Counted from the stretch's first letter, positions 28,792 through 38,440 are shown. The stretch: 64,000 bases of DNA from Myxococcota bacterium (GCA_040386535.1 JAZKFH010000005.1:190298-254297); one strand, 5' to 3'. Program-made: numbers and translations. The notes: generated by a model from the letters alone, not told the origin.

Positions 28792-31065
28792 CTACGCCCT
28801 GGTGGAAGGGTTCGCGAACCTTAGCATGGTATTGGAGCGCCGGAGTGTGCCCTGGGCGACGGCTCTCCACACGAGGTCCCCCGCCTCGGTCATCGCCCGG
28901 CCGGATCGGGGGACGAACTCCACGAATGCGTCGTACAGTCCGAACACCGGGAGGCAGCGCGCCTCGACCGTTTCGCCGCGGCGGAGGGTCTCGAGATCCT
29001 TAGGAAGCGCGCCGATCCGGGTCGCCCCATTGGTACGGACGCTCGCGACGATCCGGAGGTCCGCTCGCTTGCCCCACTTCACATCGTCCCAGTTGCGAGC
29101 AGGAGTAGACGCGCCAAGGGCGAGCGTCTTCGTCAAGATCTGTGTAATAGAGCGGTGTAAGCGCGTGTCCGACGTTGACAGAATGTGGCTGTGTAACGAC
29201 ATCAAGCCGGCTGAGGACTCGATTGACCACGCAATGACCAGGTTCGCCCATCCCATTCCCCGGAAGATTGCCACGGGCCGGACTCCCTTCAAGCGGCGCA
29301 CCTTGCGAGTAAGATCGAGTAAGAAAGCGCACCATTCGCTATCTTCCACCTGGAGCTCCGTCAAGGCGCAGGCATGCAGGAGGGCGTCCGGGTCAGCGCG
29401 CCACGTGGCGCGCCCGGCGCCCATCGGGGCCACCCGCTCCACCTCAAGGAGCAACCTCCGCTTGACGTAGGCGCGGACACCGCCGAGTGCGTCGTGGTCC
29501 AGCTGATCGGGCCGGCGAACGCGCGCGCCCCTGCGCAGGACGAGGGCGTCGCACGGCCCGAGCACGAGGGCGGCGATGCCGACGGCCTCGGATCCATCCG
29601 GTCGAACGAAGCGATCCAGGCTGGCCAGCAGATCGTCGGACTCGGCAGGGCTGCCCTGGCCGGCGCGGAGGTACATCGGAAGAAGCGCCCACACTTCGCC
29701 CAGCTTCACCGAGACGCCCTGCCGGGCGATCGCACACTCCACCAGCCGCTTGCCCTCCGGAAGGTCCGCCAGCACGCGCACGGCGTCCAAGGCGTACGGC
29801 GCAGTCGTTCTGTCGAGCGGCATGGCGAAGGACGCGCGCGCGGCGCTCTTCCAGAGCTGCTCGATTTCAGCCAGGATCACGGCGGCGGGTCCGACCGGAC
29901 GGTCGGGTACCCCGTGCTCCAGGACGCGCCCGACGAAGCTGGCCGTGATCTTCTGCAGCCCGCGCTGCAGGCGGGCCGAGAGCCGATCGACCTCGTTCCC
30001 GCCCGGCTCTTCAAGGCGGAGCACCCGGGCCTCGGCCGCCTCGTCAACCGCCGCGACGAGGTCCGCCAACTGGCTGTCGCCCGGGTCTGCCGAGGCGCGC
30101 ACGCGCTCGACGAGCGTGCGCAGGCGTACGTACGTGGGGACCGAGAGACGTGCGCCCGTGCGATTGAGCCACTCGTGGGTGCCCAAGAGGTAGCAGCCGA
30201 GCGCTGCGACGTAGCTCGGCCCCACGAGGTGCAGCGCGACCGCGTCCGCCAGCGTCTCGGACAATACGCGCGCCGCGAAGCCCTCCACAATTTCCAGGCG
30301 GAGCGGGCGGCCGAAGGTGTCGGCGATGCGCAGGTCGTCGAAGAGATCGACCACCAGCTCGCGTGCCTCGATGCGTTCCGCCACGAACAGCTCGTCGCGA
30401 TCGACAAAGGGGTGGCTAACCTCGTGCGCTACCACGGTGATGTACCGGAACAGGTGCATCATCCAGTATGGGGTGGTCAGGTGGTGGGTGAGGCGCCCCG
30501 ACTGGGTACGCGCGTCGTTGCGCACGTCGGAGTCGTGCGCAAAGTCGATGACCACGTCGCTCTCCGGCGGCCCGGCGAAGCCACGAGCGCGCGACCACTC
30601 CGCAAGGGCGCGCGCGCACGCCTCGGCCAGCGTGCGCACGGTCGCCGCCCCGTGGCTGTCCCCGGTCTCGAGCCGTGTCCAGTGTGTGATCATGTCGGGC
30701 GCGGACGTGTCGATGAAGGCGCGAAGCTGGTGGTGTACGACCCCGCCCTTGTGGAGCAGCTCCGCGATCTGCCGCCCGAGTTCCTCCCGCGCTTCGAAGA
30801 ACGCCTTCTCGTCAGCCGGCGGCGCCGCGGCCAGGCGGCTCGCCTCTGCGCACACCTGTTCTGTCTGGGCCAGGAGCGCGTCAAGGGTGGGGCGCACTTT
30901 GCGCGCCTCATTGGCCCCGTAGTCGGGGCCGCCCCCCACTCCGAGGTACTCGGCGAGCAGGAGATCGTGCCGCAGCGAGTTGAGGATGACCTGAGCGCAC
31001 TGCGCCACATCTGCAAAAATGAGTCGCCACAGCCGGCGCTTGGCGTGGTTGCGATGGGCTGGCAC
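28792..31065 (-). CDS. HEXXH metallopeptidase-like protein with C-terminal Lrp/AsnC-like repeats
   Basis: VVAHEVSH plus ETLADAVA..LVGPSY; C-terminal LGPCDALV, MGWANLVI and FGLYDAFV repeats. Probable GTG start at 31065 with RBS GGAGA; the ORF is open to 31332. Confidence 0.6.
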   Translation of the reverse strand: MPAHRNHAKRRLWRLIFADVAQCAQVILNSLRHDLLLAEYLGVGGGPDYGANEARKVRPTLDALLAQTEQVCAEASRLAAAPPADEKAFFEAREELGRQIAELLHKGGVVHHQLRAFIDTSAPDMITHWTRLETGDSHGAATVRTLAEACARALAEWSRARGFAGPPESDVVIDFAHDSDVRNDARTQSGRLTHHLTTPYWMMHLFRYITVVAHEVSHPFVDRDELFVAERIEARELVVDLFDDLRIADTFGRPLRLEIVEGFAARVLSETLADAVALHLVGPSYVAALGCYLLGTHEWLNRTGARLSVPTYVRLRTLVERVRASADPGDSQLADLVAAVDEAAEARVLRLEEPGGNEVDRLSARLQRGLQKITASFVGRVLEHGVPDRPVGPAAVILAEIEQLWKSAARASFAMPLDRTTAPYALDAVRVLADLPEGKRLVECAIARQGVSVKLGEVWALLPMYLRAGQGSPAESDDLLASLDRFVRPDGSEAVGIAALVLGPCDALVLRRGARVRRPDQLDHDALGGVRAYVKRRLLLEVERVAPMGAGRATWRADPDALLHACALTELQVEDSEWCAFLLDLTRKVRRLKGVRPVAIFRGMGWANLVIAWSIESSAGLMSLHSHILSTSDTRLHRSITQILTKTLALGASTPARNWDDVKWGKRADLRIVASVRTNGATRIGALPKDLETLRRGETVEARCLPVFGLYDAFVEFVPRSGRAMTEAGDLVWRAVAQGTLRRSNTMLRFANPSTRA

Positions 31066-31319
31066 GCGAGTCTCCGGGGCCAGCCGCCTTATCGCATCCG
31101 CGCGGAAACGTCGCGACAGATGCCGGGACAAAGCACGCACAGGGCCGCATCGAAGGCGGCGAGCGCCCCAGCTAGCCACGTTGGAGGAGATCGAGCTTGA
31201 TGGCTGGGAGAGGGGTGTCGATGAACGTCGCGAGAGGACTGGCTGCACAGGGCGTCGGAGGTGCTCGTGCGGTGGCAGCGCGTGGTGGAGGGCACACTGG
31301 CATGGGTCCGGACGACGCA

Positions 31320-31870
31320 GAGGCCGGGGCACATCTGCCGGCCGCGCTCCTCGACTGGCAACGTTGCCGCAATGGCGGCCAGATCGCTGCCAACCGCGTC
31401 GACGAACGCCTGCATCAGCGGGCGAGATAGGTCGGCCACCCGCGCCTACTTGTTGATCCGGTCGTCGAACGGCACGGTGGCGGCGAGCGAGAGCAGCTCG
31501 GTCTCGTCTACGCCCCGGGCTTTCACCATGCTCGCCCTTTCGGATGAACCAAGTGTATTCCGCACTTTCCTCATGAGGGACTTGCGTGCGCGATAGGGTC
31601 GGCTCTGCCCCCGGGCGCCCACAGCACGAGAATGTGCCGGCCGTCGATCACGTAGGGGACGACGTTCGGATGGTACGGCGGCTGGATCGCGCTCTGCCCG
31701 AGGTTCAGGATTTCCTTCTGGATGCGGTCGAGGCTCTCGGCGGCGAGGCCGACCGGAGGGAGCACGGGCTGCCCGTCATCCTCGGCCATCCCCACGACGA
31801 GGCAGCGGCCGCCGAGGTTGTGGAAGTCGTTCGCGAAGGCGCACAACATGTGCAAGGGTCTTTGACGGCG
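31320..31870 (-). pseudogene. Remnant of an AlbA_2/Schlafen-domain ATP-binding (RecG-like) protein
   Basis: LCAFANDFHNLGG, VLWAPGG, EYTWFIRKG and ELLSLAATVPFDDRIN lie in shifting frames; in-frame TAG at 31446-31448; truncated at both ends. Confidence 0.75.
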
Positions 31871-31900
31871 AAGCCATGCGCGGATGCACGCCCAGCCGCC

Positions 31901-32830
31901 TCAGGCCGAGGCCCCGACGATCAACGATCCGGACGAGGGTGCCACGAACAATCGCGGGAGTCGCAGCACCTCTACACCGCCTCCCGCCACCCCGATCTCA
32001 CAGGTCACCGCGGACGAGGCCCCTGCGGCTCGCACTCGCCCCACTACCCGCTCGTTGAACGCCCCGTCCGGGTAGGCGAAGGCCACAGGAGCCGACGTCG
32101 CGGCGATGGTCGCAATGGACTCACCCACCTCGCGGTCGAGCTCCTCGTCGCTCAGCTGCGTAAGCCTCGGATGCCCGACGCTGTGCGCGCCGACGCGCAT
32201 CCCGATTTGGACCAGGGCCAGCCAGTCCTCGGAGGCTAGGTAGAGCCGCCTCGCGAGGTCGGGCGGCATGGTCGTCCCAGTGCTCTCGGCGAGCGCGTGG
32301 AGCATCCGTCGCTGCTCCGCGGGCGTTGCAGCAAGGAGGGCGACCTTCGGCGGCCCCCCGACCCAGGCCGCCTTTTCCTCGGCCGTGTCGATCCGCCCGC
32401 GGAAGGTACCGCCATCCGGCATCCCGACTGTAGCGGAACCGCGCTCGGCGTGGTCGAGGAGCCAGTACCAGGCGTCCACCACGCCCACAGCGCTCCCGTT
32501 GCCCCGGAGCCCCGTGGCGACGTAAAAGGTGGCTGTCGCACCGCGCGCCGCGAGCATCGGGGCGACCACGTCGAGGTGCTCGCGGTAGCCGTCATCGAAG
32601 GTGAGGACGGAGCCCGTGGGAGGTTCTTCGCGCGCGACCAGCGCCCCTTCGACCGCCGCCAGGGGCACGATCGGCCCCGCCTCGTCGAGCACGCGCTCGA
32701 GCTCGGCGACGGTGAGCGCCGTTCCGCGCATCCGGTAGCAGTTGGGGAGTCCGAACGCTGCCGGCTCGGCCGGCAGTACCCGGTGAAACATCAGAATGCG
32801 GGTCCCCGTCTGACGCAGACTACTCGGCAT
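31901..32830 (-). CDS. Polysaccharide deacetylase (CE4/NodB)
   Basis: ILMFHRV, LTFDDGY, GAHSVGHP, FAYPDG and LPR motifs. Confidence 0.88.
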   Translation of the reverse strand: MPSSLRQTGTRILMFHRVLPAEPAAFGLPNCYRMRGTALTVAELERVLDEAGPIVPLAAVEGALVAREEPPTGSVLTFDDGYREHLDVVAPMLAARGATATFYVATGLRGNGSAVGVVDAWYWLLDHAERGSATVGMPDGGTFRGRIDTAEEKAAWVGGPPKVALLAATPAEQRRMLHALAESTGTTMPPDLARRLYLASEDWLALVQIGMRVGAHSVGHPRLTQLSDEELDREVGESIATIAATSAPVAFAYPDGAFNERVVGRVRAAGASSAVTCEIGVAGGGVEVLRLPRLFVAPSSGSLIVGASA

Positions 32831-33497
32831 CGCGCCCCCTCCCCTTCCTCAGGAGGAAGCCCAGCTCCACGGCCGGAAAGGGCTCTTCGTTCATGAGGAA
32901 TCGATAAGCGCCTCGCCACGGCTCCTCCCAAACCAGCACGACCTCGAACGCCGCCACCAGCCTCTCGAGCGCGCCTCGGTCGAGGGCGTGGGGATGACCG
33001 GCGTTTCTCTCCTGGTCCGGCGGATTGACCTCGCATGAGAACCACAGCCAACCGCCGGGACGTAGGACCCGCCAGATCTCCCGAACGACGGCCCAGGGGT
33101 CGTCGGTGTGGTCGATGCAGTTCGTGCAGACGACGAGATCCACCGTCCCGCCCGCGAGGGGCAGGCACTCGCCGTGGCCGAGCGCGTAGCTCACGCGGTC
33201 GTGAGGCAGGTCGAACCGCGCACCGTAGTGCTCGGCAAGCGGATCGATACACAGGCGGCGACCAGGGAGCCAGCGAAGGGGGGTGGTCAGCCCGCCCCCG
33301 ACATCGACGGAGAGGGAGCTCGGAGTCAGGCTCACGCGCGCCAGAACCTCGTCCATCCGACGTGCCTCCGTCCAGTACGCGCGAAGGCGCTGTTCGGCGT
33401 CGGGCTGTGCCAGGCGCGGCATCAGCTTTCGAGACTGCCAGGCGAGCGTCCATTGGAGGCGCTCGGGGAGATCCAACTCGTCCGGCTCAGAACCCAC
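32820..33497 (-). CDS. Class I SAM-dependent methyltransferase
   Basis: VDVGGG, GECLPL...VDLVVCTNCIDH and EIWRVLRPGG; GTG start at 33497 with RBS GGGAGG. Confidence 0.85.
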   Translation of the reverse strand: MGSEPDELDLPERLQWTLAWQSRKLMPRLAQPDAEQRLRAYWTEARRMDEVLARVSLTPSSLSVDVGGGLTTPLRWLPGRRLCIDPLAEHYGARFDLPHDRVSYALGHGECLPLAGGTVDLVVCTNCIDHTDDPWAVVREIWRVLRPGGWLWFSCEVNPPDQERNAGHPHALDRGALERLVAAFEVVLVWEEPWRGAYRFLMNEEPFPAVELGFLLRKGRGRDAE

Positions 33498-34035
33498 GGC
33501 TGCCCTCCCGAGTCCCAACCAGAGAGACAGCGAGGCGCACGGCCTCGTCCGCGTTCGCGGCCCGGTGCAGCAAGTCGTCGCGGCGGTGGTCCAGGCGCTC
33601 CCCGGCCAGCCGGGCGCTCCACCCTTCGCCGAGGTCCAGCGTGACGATGGGCTTGCCGTGCTGCCAGGCGAGCGCAATCTCACTCAGCGTGCCCGACCCG
33701 CCACCGACGGCCACCACCACATCCGCCATCGCGACGAGAATCGTGTTGCGAGCGTAGTTCATGCCGGTGGGGATCACGAGATCCACGAACGGATTGGCCT
33801 CAGCCGCGACGAGCCCCGGCAGGACGCCGATGACGCTGCCGTCAAGCCATCCGTCGGCATGCCGCCCACCGCGCGAAGCCGCCGTCATGACGCCGCCGAG
33901 GCCGCCGGTCGCCACGCGGAGGCCCGCGTCCACGAGCCCGCGTCCGATGGCCTCGGCAGCCAGCAGGATCTCCTCGGACGCGGAGTTCGCGCCCACCACC
34001 GCCGCGACAAAGCGTCGATTCGATTCGTTCGTCAT
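33487..34035 (-). CDS. SLOG/LOG superfamily protein, TIGR00725-like
   Basis: TGGLGGVM, IGVLPG, PTGMNYARN and GGGSGTLSEIA motifs. Confidence 0.88.
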   Translation of the reverse strand: MTNESNRRFVAAVVGANSASEEILLAAEAIGRGLVDAGLRVATGGLGGVMTAASRGGRHADGWLDGSVIGVLPGLVAAEANPFVDLVIPTGMNYARNTILVAMADVVVAVGGGSGTLSEIALAWQHGKPIVTLDLGEGWSARLAGERLDHRRDDLLHRAANADEAVRLAVSLVGTREGSRGF

Positions 34036-34038
34036 GCG

Positions 34039-34752
34039 CTATCCGTGCCAGGGGCCGAGGAGGACGAGCGTGTGGTACGGCACGTCCCTCCCGTCGGTGA
34101 TGGTGAGTACTTCGGCGAGGGTGGAGTCGATGATGCGCTCGTCGGGCCAGCCAATCCGGTGCCCGATCACGACACGCCCGCCCGGCCCGAAGTGCCGCGT
34201 GCCAATCTCGACCACCTCCGCAAGCGACCGATCCGCAAGGAAGAGGGCGAGCGGAATGCCGAGCGCCGCCAGGGCTTCCATGCGGCTACGAGCGACGTGC
34301 GCCGGGTCCCGGCCGGGCGCATAGATCGCGAGCGGACACCCGGATTCGGGGCGCGCGTGCTCCATCCCCATGCGCGCGAGGAGCGCCTGGAGGCTGGTCA
34401 CGCCGGGATGCACCTCGAAGTCGACGTTCTCCGCACGCAGCCATGCGGCGTTGCCCGAAAGTGAACTGAAGTGCCCAGGCTCTCCCGAGTAGAACGAGGG
34501 ATCCCCCGAGCAGAGCCACGCGACACGCTTGCGCTCGCCGATGGCCGTCCGTACCCAGCCCCGGATTTCCGCGTCGCTGAACCAACGGCCCCACACCAAC
34601 TCTCCGCGAACGAGCGAGCGGATGGAGTCCGCGATCTGCGTTCCGGGAAAGATGACCAGCTCGGCTTCATGCAACGCGGTTCGGGCACCCTTGGTGAGGT
34701 AGCGGTCGTCCCCGCCCGGTCCAATCCCGACGATGTGGACGGTCGGGGACAC
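34039..34752 (-). CDS. Tetrapyrrole methylase family (CobM/CbiF-like) SAM methyltransferase
   Basis: VHIVGIGPG, LCSGDPSFYS, VHPGVTS and GWPDERII; GTG start at 34752 with RBS GAGGA. Confidence 0.8.
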   Translation of the reverse strand: MSPTVHIVGIGPGGDDRYLTKGARTALHEAELVIFPGTQIADSIRSLVRGELVWGRWFSDAEIRGWVRTAIGERKRVAWLCSGDPSFYSGEPGHFSSLSGNAAWLRAENVDFEVHPGVTSLQALLARMGMEHARPESGCPLAIYAPGRDPAHVARSRMEALAALGIPLALFLADRSLAEVVEIGTRHFGPGGRVVIGHRIGWPDERIIDSTLAEVLTITDGRDVPYHTLVLLGPWHG

Positions 34753-34759
34753 CCCATCC

Positions 34760-35713
34760 TCAACCTGCAATGGCCACCTCCTGGCGCTCGTCACGGAACC
34801 ACGCCACCGTACGCCGGATGCCCTCGTCGAACGCGACGACCGGCTCGAAGCCCAACAAGCGCCGCGCCGCACCGATGTCGGCATGGCTGTGCGGCATGTC
34901 CCCCGTACGCTCCGGGCCGAACTGCGGATCGGCGTCGAACCCAGCTTCGCAGGCGATGGCCCTCCAGAGTTCGAGCACGCTGACCCTACCGCCACACGCG
35001 ATGTTGAGCACCGAGCCGGCTGCCTCAGCGGGGGCATTCAATGACAGCCGTACCGCATGCACGACGTTGTCCACGTAGGTGAAGTCCCGGCTGAACGAAC
35101 CGTCCCCGTGGATCACGGGGCACTCCCGGTTCAGCGCGGCCTCCGCAAAGCGCGGGACGACGGCGGCGTACGCCCCCCCGGGGTCCTGCCGCGGGCCGAA
35201 GACATTGAAGAAGCGGAGCCCCACCGTGTGAACGCCCCACGCGGCGGTCCAGGCGCGGGCGAAGTGCTCGAACGACGCCTTGCTCGCGGCGTAGGGAGAG
35301 AGCGGTCGACGAAGCTGCGTCTCCACTTTCGGGAGCGCGGGGTCGTCACCGTAAACGCTGCTCGATGACGCGTACACGAAGCGACCGACCTCAACGGCGC
35401 GCGCGGCCTCCAACAGGTTGAAGCCTCCCATGACGTTGACCTCCATCGCGGAACGGGGGTCGACGAGCGAGCGAGGGACCGAGTTGCGGCCCGCGAGGTG
35501 GACGACCGCCTGTGCTCCGCGCATGGCCTCCGCGCAGGTCGCCGGGTCGCGGATGTCGCCGTGGAGGAACGCCCAGCGCGACGCCGTCGGGAGGTTCCGG
35601 GCGTGACCGGTGGAGAGGTCGTCGAGGCCGATGACCTCGTGCCCGTCGGCGAGCAGGGCGCGGGTGACGTGGGAGCCGATGAAGCCGGCAGCTCCGGTGA
35701 CGAGGACGCGCAT
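34760..35713 (-). CDS. NAD-dependent epimerase (UDP-GlcNAc 4-epimerase, WbpP-like)
   Basis: TGAAGFIGS, SVPRS, ASSSSVYG, YAASK, RFFNVFGPRQDP and RDFTYV motifs. Confidence 0.92.
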   Translation of the reverse strand: MRVLVTGAAGFIGSHVTRALLADGHEVIGLDDLSTGHARNLPTASRWAFLHGDIRDPATCAEAMRGAQAVVHLAGRNSVPRSLVDPRSAMEVNVMGGFNLLEAARAVEVGRFVYASSSSVYGDDPALPKVETQLRRPLSPYAASKASFEHFARAWTAAWGVHTVGLRFFNVFGPRQDPGGAYAAVVPRFAEAALNRECPVIHGDGSFSRDFTYVDNVVHAVRLSLNAPAEAAGSVLNIACGGRVSVLELWRAIACEAGFDADPQFGPERTGDMPHSHADIGAARRLLGFEPVVAFDEGIRRTVAWFRDERQEVAIAG

Positions 35714-36954
35714 CAGACCCCCACCGCGCCGGCGAGCGTGCCGGTCGCGTCGAACAGGTTGAGCCCCGATGCCACGAGCGCCGCCAGGATGGCGTCACCC
35801 TGCGGGACGAGCAGAACCGCGGATGTGGCCCGAGCGAGTCCATCAGAGAAGCCGACCCCCTCGAGATCGCCGGGCGACTCCACCAGCGCGTCATAGGCCA
35901 GCACGCGCCGGTTCATGCCGGAGAGCGCGCGTGCGGCGGAGAGCGCCGCCGATTCCCGCGTGTCGGGGACACCGGGCTTGTAGGTGAGCCCCACGACCAG
36001 AACGGTCTCGCCCGGGTCGGTCTGCGCGGCAACGCTGGCGGCAACGGCGTGAGGACGGCGGGCGTTGGACAGGAGCGCGCCTTCCAGAAGCGCGAGCGGT
36101 GCACCCCGGGACCGGCCGCGGTGAACGAGGAAGGCAGGATCGACCGCGACACAGTGCCCACCCGCGCCGACCCCCGGCCAGAACGCCTGGTAGCCGTATG
36201 GTTTGGTGGCGGCCGCGGCGACGATGGCTCGGGGGTCCACGCCTTCCGAGCGACAAAGAGTGGCAAACTCGTCGATGAAAGCGACGTTGAGGAGGCGGTA
36301 GGAGTTCTCCAACAACTTGGCGTACTCGGCGACCCGCAGCGACACGGAATGGACCGCGACCCCGACAGCGCGCAGCACGGCGAGGGCGCGAGCCTGAGCA
36401 TCATCGTCCACTCCGGCGACGAGGCGGGGAATGTCGCGCAGGCGCCAGCCGGCCTGGTTGAGCTGCGGGTCGATGCGCTCGGGCGCGTAGGCGAGCGCCA
36501 CGCGCCCGTCATGGCCGAGCTGCGGCCGAAGCTCCTCCACGAAGCCGGGCCGCACCGTGGACTCGAGGATGACCAGGGCATCGGGGCGACCGTGGCGGGC
36601 GAACGCCGAGGCACAGGCGCGAACCGCCTCGTGTCGGGCCTCACCGTCCTCCATGGGCGTCGGGACACAGATGAACACCACGTCCGCCGCAGCGAGGGCG
36701 TCCGCGTCCGCGGTCAGGCTGAGCCGGCCAACCCGGAGTGCGCTGACGAGCGCGAAGGACGCGGACTCGTGGCCGCTCTGTAGGCTTGCGACACGGCGGG
36801 CGTCCACGTCGATGCCAGTGACACGGAAGCCGGCTTCCGCGTAGGCGGTGGCGACGGGCCAGCCGACGTAGCCGAGGCCGAGCACCACCACGGTCACCCG
36901 CGCGGGGTCGACGAGATGGGAAACCAGCGCAACGGCCACACGTTCACTCTGCAT
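35713..36954 (-). CDS. Nucleotide-sugar dehydrogenase (UDP-HexNAc 6-dehydrogenase, WbpA/WecC-like)
   Basis: GLGYVG, CVPTP, LEST, PERIDP, KLLEN, GGHC (catalytic Cys) and YKP..DTRES. Confidence 0.92.
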   Translation of the reverse strand: MQSERVAVALVSHLVDPARVTVVVLGLGYVGWPVATAYAEAGFRVTGIDVDARRVASLQSGHESASFALVSALRVGRLSLTADADALAAADVVFICVPTPMEDGEARHEAVRACASAFARHGRPDALVILESTVRPGFVEELRPQLGHDGRVALAYAPERIDPQLNQAGWRLRDIPRLVAGVDDDAQARALAVLRAVGVAVHSVSLRVAEYAKLLENSYRLLNVAFIDEFATLCRSEGVDPRAIVAAAATKPYGYQAFWPGVGAGGHCVAVDPAFLVHRGRSRGAPLALLEGALLSNARRPHAVAASVAAQTDPGETVLVVGLTYKPGVPDTRESAALSAARALSGMNRRVLAYDALVESPGDLEGVGFSDGLARATSAVLLVPQGDAILAALVASGLNLFDATGTLAGAVGV

Positions 36955-38440
36955 CGGAGGTCTCCGTCTCGTGGAGGCGAGCTTCCGCATCCTCCAGTTT
37001 CCGCTTGAAGTTCCTGGCGTGGTCGCCCATGCCGATCATCCGCCCGGCAGCGGCGTGCTTGGAGCCGGCCGCCCGGAGCGCCGCCCGCATCGTCTCGACC
37101 TCGATGCGCTTCATCTCGGCCGCGAGGTCACAGGGCAGCGCGAGCGAAGTGGCCCCGGACGGGAGCGCCGCCGTCCGCAGCGCCTCGCGCAACACGTCCG
37201 CGCCCAGTTTGGATGCGTTGGGAGGCCCGTCCATCACGGCGCGGAGCAACACCAAGCGAAGCTCACGGACGTTGCCCGGCCAACGATGCTCACGGAGCGC
37301 GGCGATGCCGTCCGACTCCACCGCGACGTCCTTGGCGATGTTGCCGAGCAACCGGCGACAAAGGACCGGCAGGTCGTCGAGGCACTCGCGGAGCGGCGGC
37401 AGGCGAATCAGACCGGCGGCGACCCGGTAGTAGAGGTCCTCCCGCATGGAGGAACCGCCGTTCATCGCCGGGTGGCGACGGGGGTCGTCGAGGGCCGCCA
37501 CGACGAGCCGCGCGTGGATCTCGTCGGCGGGACGGGTGGATCCGAGCCGCTCCACGAGGAGGATGCCCTCTTCTACCCGATTGAGCGCCCGCAGCAGCTT
37601 GCCTTGCACCGCGGGCTCGAGGTTGAACACCTCGTCGAGGAAGAAGGTGCCGCCGTTCGCCTCACGGATGCGCCCAGGTCGATCCTCGTCGGCACCGGTG
37701 AACGCGCCCTTGACGTGTCCGAACAGCAAGCTCTCAGCGAGCGGGGCGGGCAACTGCGCCGCGTTCTGCGTCATCAGGCGGCCGGTCCGCGCGGACTGCT
37801 CATGGAGCATGGTCGCGACGACCTCCTTGCCGGTGCCCGTCTCTCCGAGGACCAACACCGGGAACGGCCGGTCCGCGTAGCGAGCCACCTGCTCCCGAAC
37901 CCTCAAGATCCCCACCGACTCTCCGTTGAGATCCGCCGTGAGATCGTCCGGCGGCGGCGCTCGGAACTTGTCGCGCCGATGCTCCCAGCGAAGGCTGGAG
38001 CGAAGTTCCGCGTCGCCGAGGCGAAGGTTCACTCTCGGATAGACGGCTACGGCCTCGACGACCGCAGCCAGCAACGACGGCGGGAAGTCAGCCGCGAGCA
38101 GGACTTCCAGCACTGAACTCTGTCGGAGCGGCATCCGGAACCCGAGCTCGGCGAGGTAGTGGGCGAGGCCGTCAGGGAGGGAGGCATCGCTGTCCGAGTT
38201 CCAGGTGTCCGCACAGATCTCGACGGGCGCGAACAGATTCACCCCGTTCTTCGTGATCCCGTCGAGGCCAAGCAGCTGGCTCATCGACTCCCGCCGCTTC
38301 TCCCGCCCCTTGCCGAGGAGCACCACCCAGCAGGGAGGGTGGTTCGCGGCTTCCTGGGCTACCCGGACGTCGGAGGCGTGGTTGCTATCGGCCCGCTTGG
38401 GGTCAGGACGCACCAGCACCAGGGTGGCCTTGTTCTTCAT
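36944..38440 (-). CDS. Sigma-54-dependent enhancer-binding activator with an unrecognised N-terminal domain
   Basis: GETGTGKE, intact GAFTGA, FFLDEV, REDLYYR, WPGNVREL and a C-terminal Fis-like HTH. Confidence 0.9.
   Translation of the reverse strand: MKNKATLVLVRPDPKRADSNHASDVRVAQEAANHPPCWVVLLGKGREKRRESMSQLLGLDGITKNGVNLFAPVEICADTWNSDSDASLPDGLAHYLAELGFRMPLRQSSVLEVLLAADFPPSLLAAVVEAVAVYPRVNLRLGDAELRSSLRWEHRRDKFRAPPPDDLTADLNGESVGILRVREQVARYADRPFPVLVLGETGTGKEVVATMLHEQSARTGRLMTQNAAQLPAPLAESLLFGHVKGAFTGADEDRPGRIREANGGTFFLDEVFNLEPAVQGKLLRALNRVEEGILLVERLGSTRPADEIHARLVVAALDDPRRHPAMNGGSSMREDLYYRVAAGLIRLPPLRECLDDLPVLCRRLLGNIAKDVAVESDGIAALREHRWPGNVRELRLVLLRAVMDGPPNASKLGADVLREALRTAALPSGATSLALPCDLAAEMKRIEVETMRAALRAAGSKHAAAGRMIGMGDHARNFKRKLEDAEARLHETETSDAE

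Noticed and set aside
34039..34752. Cobalamin biosynthesis cluster
   Set aside because: A single CbiF-like gene with no other cob/cbi genes nearby.
31901..36954. Reading the dehydrogenase, epimerase and deacetylase genes as an O-antigen or capsule locus
   Set aside because: No flippase, polymerase, ABC exporter or initiating transferase, and the genes are coupled to kinase, dioxygenase and SLOG genes. Disfavoured but not excluded.
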